Source of the DNA: Callorhinchus milii
Taxonomy: Eukaryota
Direction of reading: 5' to 3'
Length of the DNA: 64,000 nt
NCBI RefSeq assembly: GCF_018977255.1
Contig: NW_024704743.1
Coordinates: forward strand, 1,426,001-1,490,000
The translations under genes were made by a program, and so were the position numbers. Below are positions 38,938-51,857 of the stretch, one piece after another. The notes beneath the pieces are model-generated. The model did no database searches and was not told where the DNA came from. It saw nothing but the letters and a program-made list of their open reading frames with translations. The first letter of the stretch is position 1. Each line of letters begins with the position of its first letter.

Positions 38938-40734
38938 TGTCTGACATCTGTCCAGATGTGTCTTATCAGCCTGTCTCAATGGTAGCGCTCTCACCTCTGA
39001 GTTGTGGGTTCAAACCCCCACTTGGCTCACACTCACACTGGGTTGAGGCTCCGATGCAGTTTTCGATGCTGTGGCACAATTTGACGAGAGAAGAGCGTTT
39101 CTCCCCTCACCTCCAGAGGTGAAAAGTGCCACATAAATGTAAATGCACACCTCACACGGAAGGATTTTTATTCTTATTAAAATACAGTCTAAAAACCTAC
39201 CTCTTTGACCTGCAGGTGGTCCCGTAGGGTAGTGATTAATGCGCAAACGAGAGGAACTGGGTTTGATTCCCAGGAGCTTCCTCACGCAAATTACAGTTAC
39301 ACGGAGCCTTTCACATCGGGAGGATGTCCTGAGGCGCTGAACAGTCAAGGATGTGCGCCCGAGCTGGGGGTTGGGATCAGGAGGGGTGGAGGGCGGGGGT
39401 AGGAGGGTGACCGAAGGTGTGGTTGAATAGGAAGTTCTTCAGACGGGCCTTGAAGGAGGCGAGGGAGGTAGGGAGGGAGGGAGGAAGGGAGGCGAAGGGC
39501 TCCAGGAGTTGTGCGACTTTACCGTTTTGATCACGGCAAGGCAACAAAAGCCGAGCCCGGGCGGTTGTTTTCCGAGAGGTAACGCAGAGCAGATTAACTG
39601 CTTCACGGGATACATCGCTTTTAGCGTTGCTGACCCCAAGCGGATTGGGGCCGGGAATCGCTAATGTTTCCCCAGCCGCCTCATCAACCGCACAACACGC
39701 CCGTTCGCTGCCACCGAGAAACACACGGTGAGGTTCTGTGCGGCTCTCAGTCAGCCGGAACCAGGCGGAAAGAGCCCTCGCCTCGCGAGCGAGAGGACCC
39801 GGGTCCGATTCCCGGGCAGGTCAGGGCGAGACATTGGGCAAGTTTCCTCACTCCACACACACACACACACACACACTCACGCGCACACACGCACACACAC
39901 GCGCCTCTGTTTACCGGCAGTCAGTAGGAACCCGGCTGTTCGTCGATTGGCGGATCACTTTTCCGGGGGTAATAATCCCTTCCCCCCAAAAAAATTGATC
40001 GCTTAATCCACGGGGTTTTACCCGGCGTAAGGGGCGTCTGTGTGAAAGCCACGTTGTTGTTGCTGTTGTTGGGGAAAAAGCAAAGGCTTCCTTCTCAAAG
40101 TAACCTTTGGTTTGTCGTTCAAACCCTTTTTTGAGCGAGTTTGTTTCCCGGGTGTGAGCCAAACTCCCTCTTTCCCGGGGCGGTGGGTGTGGGGAGGTAA
40201 TCAGTGTCCTAACCGAGACCTCAGTGCTTGAAATATGAGTCAGAGGGTATCATTAATGATGTGTTCAGGTGGACAGGCTGAACTGACAGCCCCACCAAAT
40301 CGGATTTCCACCCTCCAATATTGGATTATTTCTCCATAAACGAGAAGGCTGTGTTATTGGGCGTAATTCACTTTCTTCCTCTGGCCACCCCCTGGTGATT
40401 GCATCTCTCACCGGCCGAACATTCCCGCCGTTACAGCAAAAGGGATGACATTTATTACCTCCAAGTCATTGTTTCATTTCCTCGTGCGCACTTGCCAATC
40501 AATCTCGCACGCACGCACGCACACACGCGCGCGAGTTGCCGCTTACGCGCTCCCTGTCTGCTCCTCGCTCCTTCCCTTCGCAGAGAAGCTCTTTGGAAAC
40601 TTTACGGCTTCCAACCCGCTTGGTTTCGTACTCGCCCAGCCGCCAATAAACGTGTCCTGTAGCTCAGCGGTTAGAGCGAGAGGACCCGGGTTCGATTCCC
40701 GTGCGGGGCAAAACTGTAGGCAAGTTCCCTTACT

Positions 40735-40912
40735 ACACACACACACACACTCACACACACACACACACTCACACACTCACACACACACTCACACTCACAC
40801 TCGCACACACACTCACACACACACACACACTCACACACTCACACACACACACACTCACACTCACACACACACACACACACTCACACACACACTCACACAC
40901 ACACACACACAC
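40735..40912. repeat. (CA)n/(CACT) microsatellite expanded from a SINE linker
   Basis: Direct inspection. Confidence 0.93.
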
Positions 40913-41929
40913 GCCTCTGTTTACCAGCAGTCAGTAGGAACCCGGTTGATAGTCGATTAGTGGATCACTTTCCAGGGGTAACAATACTTCCTCCGCACCC
41001 CAAAAAAAAACATTTCGTTACTCAATGGCGGCTGAAGACGTCTCAAAGCGCTTCACAGGACACACTTTGGACACCCGATTGCGCACAGCAGCAGCGTCAC
41101 AACCCCACAAACGGCCGTGGGTTGAAGCGACCAAATTATTACGGTTCACCTCTTCCCTTCTCCCCGGTTCGGTGTCGGGCTCCGCCGCTGTGAAGGGCTC
41201 GGAGACACTGAGCCTCGTGAAGGGCGCTACGTAAACGCAGGTTGTCCTGTTAGAAAGTGCAGTGTTTAGGACGAGAGCAGAACAGCCACAGTCGACAGAA
41301 CCGTGGCTCACGTCACCATCTCCGCTTTGTGACACGTCAACAGCTTCAAAAGTCTACGAATCTTCAGATCTCGGACTCGGGAGATGAGATCAGAAGCGAA
41401 CAACATCAGACGAAATTAATTTAATTTAACCTAATTGGATCCTCGCATTCGATAGAGCGTCGTTGAGATGCCACAAAGCGCTCTGGAGGGCAGATCGCAA
41501 AGTACGGCGCACGGTGTGTATTTTGTGGGCGAAACGCGGCAGCCAATTGCACCCAGGAATGTCCCGCAAAACAGCCATCAACCAATTTTATTTGGGTGGG
41601 GGGGGGAGGGGGTAGGGGGAGGTGGGGGATGGGGGGGGGGGGCGCGGAGATTGTCGGCAAGCTGGGTTTAAGACCTCATCCGAAGGACGGCACCTCCGAT
41701 AATGCAACCCTACCCCCAGCGCCTCATCATCACGTCTTCGAGACGTCTCCCAGCGCTTTCGCAGGATACACTGTAAAGTGTAGTGACTGTGTATTCTGTT
41801 CAGCGAGCGTCCCTTCGACCAGCCGTGTGCGCGCGTGTGTGTGTGTGTGTGTTCACGGGTAATGTGGTGTGAGCTCGTGTTTTGTCCTCCCAATGAACTG
41901 TCCCCTCGGATTGGAGGTTCAGAAATGGG

Positions 41930-41930
41930 T

Positions 41931-41965
<35 letters not shown>

Positions 41966-42565
41966 CCCCCCCCCCACCCACCCCCTCCACCCCCTCTTTG
42001 GCTCCGTCTCTCTCCCTGGCTTTGTCTCCATCACTTTTTCCTCCTTCTCTCTTTCTCTCACTCCTTCTCTCTCTCTTTCTCTTACTCCTCGCTCTTTTTC
42101 TCTCACTCCTTCTCTCCCCTCTCTCTCTCTCTCTCTCACTCCTTGTCTCTCTCTTTCTCTCACTCCTCTCTCTTTCTCTCACTCCTCTCTCTCTCTTGTG
42201 CTCATTTTCTTTCTTGTATCCTCTCTCTACTCTTTCACTCTCTCTCTCTCTCTCACTCATTTCTATCGCTCCATCACTTTCTCAGTAGCTCCTTCTCTCT
42301 CTCTGGCTCTCTTGCTCCATCTCTGTCTCTCTCTTTCTCTCTCTCTTGCTCCTTGTCTCCGTCTCTCTTTTACTCTGTCTCTCTTTCTCTCCGACACTCG
42401 CTTTGTCTCTCTCTCTCTCTTGTTCTGCATCTCTGTCCCTGTGTATTTATCTATCTCTCACTCTCTCTCTCTTGCTCTGTCTCTCTCTCTCCGTATCTTC
42501 CTCCTTTTCTCTGTCTCCCTCTCTCTGTCTCGTCTCTCTCTTTCTCTCTCTCTCTCTCTCCCCTC
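41930..42565. repeat. CT-rich polypyrimidine low-complexity tract
   Basis: Direct inspection. Similar tracts at 12840-13110 and 30500-30740. Confidence 0.9.
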
Positions 42566-43974
42566 GAAGGATGAACAGAGCAAGGAACGTTTACCGAGCC
42601 CCATATCATTATAAAGATCTCAGAGTAAACACCGTACAGTGTAGTGGCTGTGTGTTTTGTGGGTGAACGTGGCAGCTTGAAGGTGTCCGGGCAAATGTAC
42701 CACAAACAGCAGCGAAGTGAGCAAACAATTTTATTTGGGGGATTGTTGGCCAAAGTCACAGAGAGAGAGAGACAGAGAGAGAGAAGCTCCCTTTGTTTTC
42801 TGACTAGTTCCACGTTATCTTTAACATCCTCCCGATTAACGACAGGGGCACTGGGGGTTTGCCTTCCTACCCCACCTTCAGCCTCTCTTGCCCACACCGT
42901 CTGGAACTGCGTCCCACAGTCCCTGCACCTCGCCCACCCCCACTTCCTCGCCTCCGTCACCCTCCTAACCCTACTCTGCCCTCCAACCCCCCCACCCCCG
43001 ATCCTAAGCAACCAGTTCGGGTCCGAAACCCCTGACTGTCCAGCGCCTTGGGACGTCCTCCCGCCGTGAAGGACGCTTTACACGTGGGACGTTGTTGTTG
43101 TTGTTGTTGTTGTTGCGTTTACACAGCGCCCCCTCATGCAGAGCGCTTGACAGAGGTGAAACGGAGTGGGGTGGGGGGGTGGGGGGGGGGCGCGAGGGGG
43201 CAGACAGGAGGCCGGAGCCAGTCGAGCGGAGGCAGCGGGTGGTGGGTTGTGGGGTAAGTAGGTCGGAGAGAAGCAGGGAATACTGCATTATTATTATTAT
43301 TATTATTATTAGTGTTACTGTTATCATTATTAGTTGTTAGTGTTATTATTGTTATTACTAATATAAATTCTTCCCCCTCTGACCAGTCTAACAGATCAAC
43401 AGTCCCGCGTTTCTTGCCAACCATCTCATTCCTCAAAGGCAATGTGTCAGCCTCAGATTTGATCAACACTCTCCACAAAGATGACAGTCATAAAAATTCA
43501 CCCGAGTGGGCAGGAGAATTGATTTACCGGCTGCGAGAGAATAATGACTTTATTAATATCCATAATTCATTATTTTTTTTTATCCCCAAAACATTTACGG
43601 AAGAAACCTCAAGCAGCTTTGGCTGACATTTAAGTCTGAACACCTCTTCGATTTTTCCTCCCACTGTCAGCTCCTCCTCCCTCCCTCTCGCTCTCTCTCT
43701 CTCTCTCCCATCCCTCCCCCTCGCTCTCTCCCTCTCTCCCCCCTCCCTCGCTCGCTCGCTCCCTCTCCCCTTCCCTCTTCCATTTTCCCCGCATCCTATC
43801 TCTTCCCCGACCCCATCCTATCTCTAATACGTAGAATTCCCTCCACGATGCCTCCCTGTGTATCTCACTCCCAAATTCCTTCCACCTCGTCCCCCTTCCC
43901 GCTATATCCTCGTCTGGTCTCTCATCCGAAGAACGCCACTCTGACAATGCAACGTGCTTTGATGGAGAAGCAGC

Positions 43975-44312
43975 TTGCGGAGGTGCAGTGGAGCTGGTGG
44001 GAGAGGTAGGATCTGAACCGGTCAAGGAGAGGACCATGACCGCGAGAGGAGAGGCGGTGGAGGAGGATGGAGTGGCCCATGGTGTCGAAGGCAGCAGAGA
44101 GGCCAAGGAGGACGAGGAGGCAGAGGGAGCCCTGGTCGCAGATGGACGTAATGTCATTGGTCACCTTGACCAGGTCGGTTTCTGTGCTGTGGGCGGCACG
44201 GAAACCCGATTGGAGGCGTTCGTGAAGGGAATGGCGGGAGAGGATGGAGCGAAGCAACGACTCGTTCCAGGACCTTGGAGAGGAAGGGGAGGCTGGAGAT
44301 GGGGCGGTGATT
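43975..44312 (-). mobile_element. L2 LINE reverse-transcriptase fragment
   Basis: QSGFRAAHSTETDLVKVTNDI and LLVLLGLSAAFDT in ORF 43922..44257. Confidence 0.88.
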
Positions 44313-44334
44313 TGAGAACAAACATAGATGGGGC

Positions 44335-44690
44335 CTCAGTTTAACTCACCGGGAGCACTTTCGCCTCTGAATCAGAAGGCTGTGGGTTCAAGCCCCAGTT
44401 GGGGGCTTTGAGCTCATAGTCTAGGCTGATGCTCCATTGCAGACCTGGGGCCTGGGGGTGGGGGGGGGGGTGACATGCACACAGTCGGAGGTGAGATGAG
44501 ACATTAAACGAAAAGATGAGACGTTAAACCTAGAGCCCTGTTTTGGATCTTAAAGAACTATTCAAAACGAGGAGGGAATTTCTTTCTGTCTCCCGGTGTC
44601 CTGGCCAACAATCTGCCCCCCCCCCTCTCCACCCCCGATAAAACTGGGCATTCACTCCATCACCGGTCGCGGGACATTGTTGCCGTGGAG
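44335..44690 (+). mobile_element. Older second SINE family (head CGCCTCTGAGTCAGAAGGTTGTGGGTTCAAGCCCC)
   Basis: Related fragments near 5020-5300, 8760, 16345, 35675, 52070 and 55800. DeuSINE/SacSINE-like from memory. Confidence 0.65.
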
Positions 44691-44898
44691 GTACTTTTGA
44701 GGAGGGACGAGGAAATTGTGGGTTTTTGTAAAGTTTCTGAAGGGAATAGAGAATGTAGACTATGACAAACTGTTTTATGTTGACCGGAACAGTGGAACCA
44801 GAGGACACGGCGTGAGACCGAAGTGGGGGGAGGCGTTAAGTTCAGAACAGATCTGCGGACACACTATTTCAGTGGTAAACATATAGAATAGACTCCTG

Positions 44899-44986
<88 letters not shown>
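44899..44986. repeat. (AGAC)n microsatellite
   Basis: Direct inspection. Confidence 0.97.
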
Positions 44987-46505
44987 GGTGGAAGCAGAAA
45001 GTGTGGATTCTTTCCCAAGGAAAAATCCGACAGATTTCTGTTAGGAAATAATATCTCGGGGGATACAGGATAACACTTTGGGTCGTGACACCCACAAGTT
45101 ATATCTGTGAAGCGCTTTGAAACGTCTAGAAGACGTGAAAGGCGCTATATCAAACGCAAGGATTATTATTTATTATGATTAAGTGACCTCCTGCGCTCCA
45201 GGACCCTACCCCACGGGAAGGGCGCGACACAAATACAAGCTGTTGTTGTTGTTGTTGTTGTCTGACCGCGGAGTGGGAAGGCAGACCGGACGGATGGATT
45301 GGACCTCGGGCTTCTTCCTTCCAGCACATCCTTACGTCGCCGGCCGCAAACCTGTCTGCCACGTCCTCAGCCCACTCCGTCCGCCTTGTTTGCTAAGGGA
45401 AGGTTCGTGGTGAAGGCTGGACGGGTTTACTTACACAGGGAAGCTGTCAGCGGGACAGACATATGCGAAGGAAATAATTAATGGGACAGCAGTCAAACTG
45501 CACCTTGTCTGGCGGAGCTGTCAGAGTGTGAGGACCTGACAATGGAGCTCCTTTAGAACTCACAAGAATACAACACCTACAAAACCCAACGTAACAACCG
45601 CTCTGTCAATCTTCCCTTTCAGCCCCCGAACCGGGAGCAATTTCACCCAAAACTGGTTCTGCGCGCCGATCATCCTTGCGTTACGATACGGCCACCCTCG
45701 CGTCGGGAGGCCCTTTCAAAGCGCTTTGCAGGGATGTCCAAGCCTGGGAGCTCAGGGGGTTAGAGCCCTCGCCCCGCGAGCGAGAGGACCCCCGGGTTCG
45801 ATCCCAGTTCTGGGCGAAATCTTAGGCAAGTTTCCTTACTCCACACGCACACACACACCCGCACACCCACCCACCCACGCGCGCGCGCCTCTGTTTACCC
45901 AGCAGTAAGTAGGAACCCGGTTGTTTAGTCGATTGGCGGATCGCATTTCCGGGGGCGGTCATCCCTTCAGAGTAAATTCAGGAAAATAATTTGGCCGCTC
46001 AATCCACGACCGCTTGTGGGGACGGCCTCTGCGCGCGATTTGAAGCGAGACATTTCGAAGCGCTTCGACAACACGGCCATAAGAATCCTGGCCATTGATC
46101 CAGCGCCTCCTCGCGTTGCTGAGGTGTCTCAAGCCACTCCCTACACGAGGGCGAGTTGTCGTCGGCGTTGTGTGGACAGGTGCGGAAATGCGCCGAAAAC
46201 CTCCCGCGGAGTCGGGGATTGAGTGACCGCGCGTTTTTTTTTTAAGATGACATTCCCTGCGTTTGCTGTGACGCCCGATCACGAATCTAATCCAATTCCC
46301 CCTTTTCACCGAGGATTCATGAACTTGCTGAAAAACAGCCGGGAAAAAAATCCGCAGCGGCCGATTGTTCCCTGGTCGGGAACGTGCCTTCAGTGGAATG
46401 AGTCAACAGCGAGCAGAGATGTGAAAGGTTTGAAGCCGAAGGCAATCATTTAATCTCCACGAGAGATGACATCAATGAAGCATTCGAGCTTCGCTTATGA
46501 GTCTC

Positions 46506-46584
46506 TATATAATATAATATAATATAATATAATATAATATAATATAATATAATATAATATAATATAATATAATATAATATAATA
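46506..46584. repeat. (AATAT)n microsatellite
   Basis: Direct inspection. Confidence 0.97.
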
Positions 46585-47829
46585 AGAATCCATTGGATTT
46601 GTCACAGCGCCTTATCACGCCTTCGAGACGTCTCAAAGCGCTTCACGGAACATCCCGTAATGTGTAGTGACTGTGTACTTTGTGGGCGAAAGCGCGCCAG
46701 CCAAATGCCCTCGGCTGCGTCCCCGCAAACGGCCGTGGATTGAAGTGACCGAATCCTTTGTGTTGGAGGCGGGTTATTACCCCACGGGAAACAAAATTGA
46801 TTGCGGGCAGCCTGACCGGGGCGTGCTGTACGGGTGCGCTACGTGTGTGCCCGGGGCGTGGGCGCGCGCGGGGTGCGGGGAACGCGAGCGACAGAAGCCA
46901 CGGGTAAGACGGAGAGCGGGGAAGAGAGGAGAGGCGTTGATATATGGAGGCCGTGGGTGGAGTAAGCGGAGGCGGTAGCTGTCATAAAGGCGTATTATAT
47001 ACTCTGTCTGTCAGAGAGGACATCAATCAACTCCCGAGACTGAACTTCAGTACCTCAGGGAAATCATTGTAAGCCAATGGCTAATTAACATTCCTCTGCA
47101 ATCCCTAACTACCAGCAAATTGCCCAAACTGCTTCCGAATGTCTGCACCCGAACAATAGTTATTATTTTTTTTGGGGGGGGGGTCAACTTGGTGCCTTTC
47201 TGAAACCACGGGGAAACCCGTCGCCGTCGCTTAAGAGTCTCAAACCCCAACTGAGAATTCCAGGCCTCTCTCTCTCTCCCTCTCCCTGGAGGGACGCCCC
47301 TCCGCATACCTAATTCCGGAGAATATTAGGCACAGGTTGGCAAAAGCCAAGGCTTGGGGGGGGGGGCGGGGAGTCCAGAGAGTGCGTTGGGGGTAACTGC
47401 TGGAGTCTAACCAGCGAAACCCACACACAGCTCGGCCATTGAGCGCTCTGCCTGGCAATCTTTTCCGCCAATATTAATAATAACTTAGTCACTCAATCCC
47501 ACGTGTGCGCAATTGGCTGTCGCGCTTTGCCCATGAAGTATACAGTCACTACACTTTACAGCGGATCCCGGGAAGCGCTCTGAGACGTCTCGAAGACGTG
47601 ATGAGGCGCCGTGTCAAATAAGAAGGATTATTATTTCTATTGTTGTTCAGGAGTACGGCAAAGTCAAACCAAACCGCTACCATGGGAGCATTTGAGAGCA
47701 TTTTTTTTTGGAAGGAGAAATATTAAGGCGTCTTCACGATCGAACAACGCGGCTCTCGCCTCTCCTTTTTCAGTTTAAATTCCTCGTCCGCGCTTTCAAA
47801 GCCTTCCAAAAAGTTCGCCAATGATAATC

Positions 47830-47861
<32 letters not shown>

Positions 47862-49681
47862 CCAGTGATGTTCTTACCCAATTCAGTGCAGTCCTGGAGC
47901 TCAGGGGTCAGAGCCCTCGCCTCGCGAGCGAGAGGACCCGGGTTCGATTCCCGGGCAGGTCAGGGCGAGACGTTGGGCAAGTTTCCTCACTCCACACTCA
48001 CACACACATACGCCTCTGTATACCTCGCAATAAGTTGGAACCTAGTTGTGAGGACTACATGGGTTTGGCTCGTGGCTTGAGCCCACAACCTTGTGACTCG
48101 GAGGCGAGAGAGCTACCAACTGAGCGAGGCTGAGGCCATGAGATGAGGTCAAATGGTGTGAAAGATCTTCTTCAGCCAAACCAATCTCGCAATTAAAGCT
48201 CCTGGGGCTTAACTGGCTTTTTGCTGCATGTAATTAACAGCGATGTTGTGCCTACAAAAAACACAAGGCCACCGCGGACACGAATAACAACCGGCACACA
48301 GTGCCTCGAGAGTTCTGATGTGATTAAAAGTAAAAAAAAAGAACACAAGTTGGTTCTTTCTAAAATACCAACAAGTTTGAACGTTAAGACAATCATCGAA
48401 CAAGATGCAGAGCGTTCTGCACCACCCCCCGCGCCCCCGCGCGCCCCCTCCCCAGTGTCTAATTACAGCCGTCAATCTACCTAACCGTCCTTGGAATCGT
48501 AGGAAAACAGACACAGTCTGTTAAGAGAACATTAATAATAATAATAATAATCCTTGCACTTTGACACAGACGCCCACAAAGCACACGGTCACTACACTTG
48601 GCAGTGTATCCCGTGAAGCGCTTTGAGACCTCCTTCTGAGGTGATAAGACGCGGTACCCAACGCAAAGGATTATTCTTTTTCTTTATCCTTATTCTTATT
48701 TACGTTCCTGAAATCGAGAGCTCAATGACAGATGTTCAGGACAAAAAATCGCACTGGACATGTACAGCCGGAGCCGCGAAGCTCTTTCTCTTTGCTGCCG
48801 GGTTTTGTTCTTTTGGTCTCTCTTTCTCTCTCTCTTCCTCCGAAAGGTTCTAAGTTCCGTACGGTTGTGGGGATTGATATTATTAACGATAATTATAAAC
48901 CCGTCACCGTCGCTCAAGAGTCTCCAAACCCCCAACTGAGAATCCCAGACCTCCCAACGACACCTGGAAATCCCAGAGATAGATTGTCGGAATGGAACAC
49001 ACTCTCTCTCTCTCTCTCTGTCTCTCTCCCTGGAGGGACGTACCCGGCTCACCTAATTCTGTGTGTGTGTGCGTGTGTGTGTGTGCGTGTGTGTGTGTGT
49101 GCGTGTGTGGTCAACCAAGAACGTGGAACGTAAAGGCCCTAAAAAATGGAGTTTGATCCCACAACCTTCTGACTCAGAGCTGAGAGTGCCAGCGACTGAG
49201 CTCAGACTGACACCAAAGTGACCTTGGCCGAGAGGCGACTGACAGCCTTCTTCGGGAACAACACTGACAGTAATCGACGTGACAGTGGCCTTGGGAACGG
49301 CGGGCAGCGTTGATCCCAGAGGGACGTGGCAACGTGCCTCAGGCCGGAGATTAACGTGAACTCGCGGGTGGAGGCGACAGCGCAGGTTACGTAGGGACAG
49401 GATTGGGGAGTGCAAACTTTGTAAAAATACTTATTTTTACTGGGGGTCAGGAATCCTCCTACTCAGCTCCTGTTAACCCTACAAGGCAAAGCCCTACCTC
49501 ACTAACTCACTCACTGACTTGGGCAAGTTTCCTCACACACACGCACACACGCACACACACACACGCACACACACGCACACACACGCACACACACACACAC
49601 GCACACGCACACACACGCGCACGATCGGCTGCCGCGTTTCGCCCACAAACTCACAGTCGACTCGCTTTACAGTGTATTCTC

Positions 49682-50820
49682 TGAAGCGCTTTGAGACGTC
49701 TCGAAGACGCGATGAGGCGCCGCGTCAAATGCCGGGATTGTTATTATTATTATTATTATTATGATGATGATGATAATAATTTAACTTAAGCCGCTGACTT
49801 ACTGTTGCTCTTTTTGTTCTCGGCGCAGCTCCCTGTTGCTGGCCTGCGCTTCCCAGGGCGCTCACCGGTGATTTATCTCTCTGGTCTTCGTGAGATGCGA
49901 TCGCTGCCGAAAAGCCCCCGTGACAGCAAAACAACCCGCACTAACACAACAGCGATAACCTGTCCTTATTTCCCGCAGTTTGATGTCTCAAAGTGCTTTA
50001 AGGAGATAGGGTGCGAGTGTGAGCATTTGACACGACGCTGACAGTGAGCACCATTAAAAAGGAAGATCTTTACGTGAGATTTGAAGGTGGGGAGGGGAGG
50101 GAGGGGGCGAGGCGGAGGGATTGAGGGAGAGAGTTCCAGAGTTTCGGGGCGTAGTGTTTGAGTACGCTAAGAGGGGACAAGGGACGAACAGGAGGCCGGA
50201 GCCAGCAGAGCGGAGGCAGCGGGTGGTGGAGTGGGGGGGGGGGGGGGGGCGGGGTGGAGGGGGGAATGGGGGGGTTTGGGGTAAGCAGGTGATTCCCTCC
50301 CACGACACCCCCCCTAACCTCTGGAATTGTGTGCCCCATTCCCGACGCCTTTATCAATCTTTAAGTGGCCACGACAGCGCGTTTCGCCCACGAGATGCAC
50401 AGTCACTCCACTTTACAGCGGATCCTGTGAAGCGCTCTGAGACGTCTGGAAGACGTGATGAGTTGAAGCGCTTTGAGACGTCTCGAAGACGCGATGAGGC
50501 GCCGCGTCAAATGCCGGGATTGTTATTATTATTATTATTATTATGATGATGATGATAATAATTTAACTTAAGCCGCTGACTTACTGTTGCTCTTTTTGTT
50601 CTCGGCGCAGCTCCCTGTTGCTGGCCTGCGCTTCCCAGGGCGCTCACCGGTGATTTATCTCTCTGGTCTTCGTGAGATGCGATCGCTGCCGAAAAGCCCC
50701 CGTGACAGCAAAACAACCCGCACTAACACAACAGCGATAACCTGTCCTTATTTCCCGCAGTTTGATGTCTCAAAGTGCTTTAAGGAGATAGGGTGCGAGT
50801 GTGAGCATTTGACACGACGC
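49682..50820. repeat. 357-bp direct duplication (49682-50038 = 50464-50820)
   Basis: Apparently identical sequence at a 782-bp offset. The second copy ends at the gap. Confidence 0.93.
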
Positions 50821-50845
50821 NNNNNNNNNNNNNNNNNNNNNNNNN
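50821..50845. other. Assembly gap (25 N)
   Basis: Run of n. Confidence 1.
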
Positions 50846-51153
50846 AGTGGCAAGCTTTGGGGTTTTAGCTGGTTAGACCCCAGCGGTTATCCCCCCCCCC
50901 CGCCCACCCCTCAACTCACACTCTGGGTTCCTCCCCAGAGAGAGAGAGAGAGAGGAGAGAGGGGGAGAGAGAGCGGGAGAGAGCGCGCGCTGTCTGGCAA
51001 GCTTTCCCGCTGCTTGTCCAGTTGGACCATTCCATCCGCTGGGAACCATTCAATTTCCCTTTCGCAGTTTTGTAAGTAAAACAGTTGGTCTCTTAACGCT
51101 GTCGTGTTGCCTCGTGGACTCCCGTCTCTCCAGCCGCCCGTTCTCTCTTGCAG

Positions 51154-51214
51154 GAGCTCCGCTCGCGGTACTCGCGGTCTGGATCATTTCGAAGCTGAAA
51201 GTGGATAACGTGGG
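51154..51214 (+). CDS. ghrhrl: GHRH-receptor-like/PRP receptor exon 8 (GAPLAVLAVWIISKLKVDNVG)
   Basis: 61 bp, ttgcag acceptor and GG|GTAAGC donor, same size and phase as VIPR1 exon 8. Confidence 0.8.
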
Positions 51215-51787
51215 GTAAGCGGCCGTCGGTCACGACAACGAGGAATTTGTTTGGGTTTTGGTCAAAATGATCACATTTTATAGAATTATCATTATTATTA
51301 TTATTATTATCATTACTATAAAATACAGCATCAACGGTCAGTTCCCTCAGCCTCCCTGCTCCCACCCTCTGGAACTCCATCCCACAGTCCCTCTGCCTCG
51401 CCCACTACCTCCCTCCCTCCCTCCCTCACCTCCTTCGAGACCCTCAAAACCCTCCTCCTCGACCAACCGCGCCTTCGGTCACCCTCCTACCGCCCTCCCC
51501 TCTCCGCCCTCCACCCCCCTCCTGAACCCGACCCCCACTTGGGACATCCTCCCGGATTGAAAGGCCCCCATTACGCATGTCATTTGGTGTTTGAGCTGTT
51601 TGAGACGTCCTATAACCGAATGTAAGGATTATTATTATTATTAATCGGAGGTTGATGTCAGTGGGGGGGGGGGGAGTGGGTGTGGGGTGGGGGTTGGGGC
51701 TAAGAAAGTTAGACAGAAAATGCTACGTTTTTCTATTGCCTTTTGTGGACCATCTGTTTTACGTTCTGGCATTGCTTCTGTTGCTAG

Positions 51788-51857
51788 ATGTTGGGATGAC
51801 AATGAGAACGAATATATCTGGTGGATTATAAGAGGAGCCATATTGTTTGCAGTCTTG
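51788..51857 (+). CDS. ghrhrl: GHRH-receptor-like/PRP receptor exon 9 (CWDDNENEYIWWIIRGAILFAVL)
   Basis: 70 bp, CWDD..IWWII motif, AG/GT boundaries. Confidence 0.85.

Noticed and set aside
39676..39727. 52-bp exon-like segment with AG/GT boundaries
   Set aside because: No recognisable peptide in any frame and no other support.
41588..43011. Long ORFs of 140-259 aa
   Set aside because: Translations of CT/GA low-complexity DNA.
48760..48860. Possible signal-peptide exon MYSRSREALSLCCRVLFFWSLFLSLFLRK for the PRPR-like gene
   Set aside because: Hydrophobicity comes from a CT-rich tract, the donors are weak and no exon 2 follows.
49829..49895. PCCWPA peptide resembling the receptor CWP exon
   Set aside because: No WD motif or downstream CP, and the frame hits a stop.
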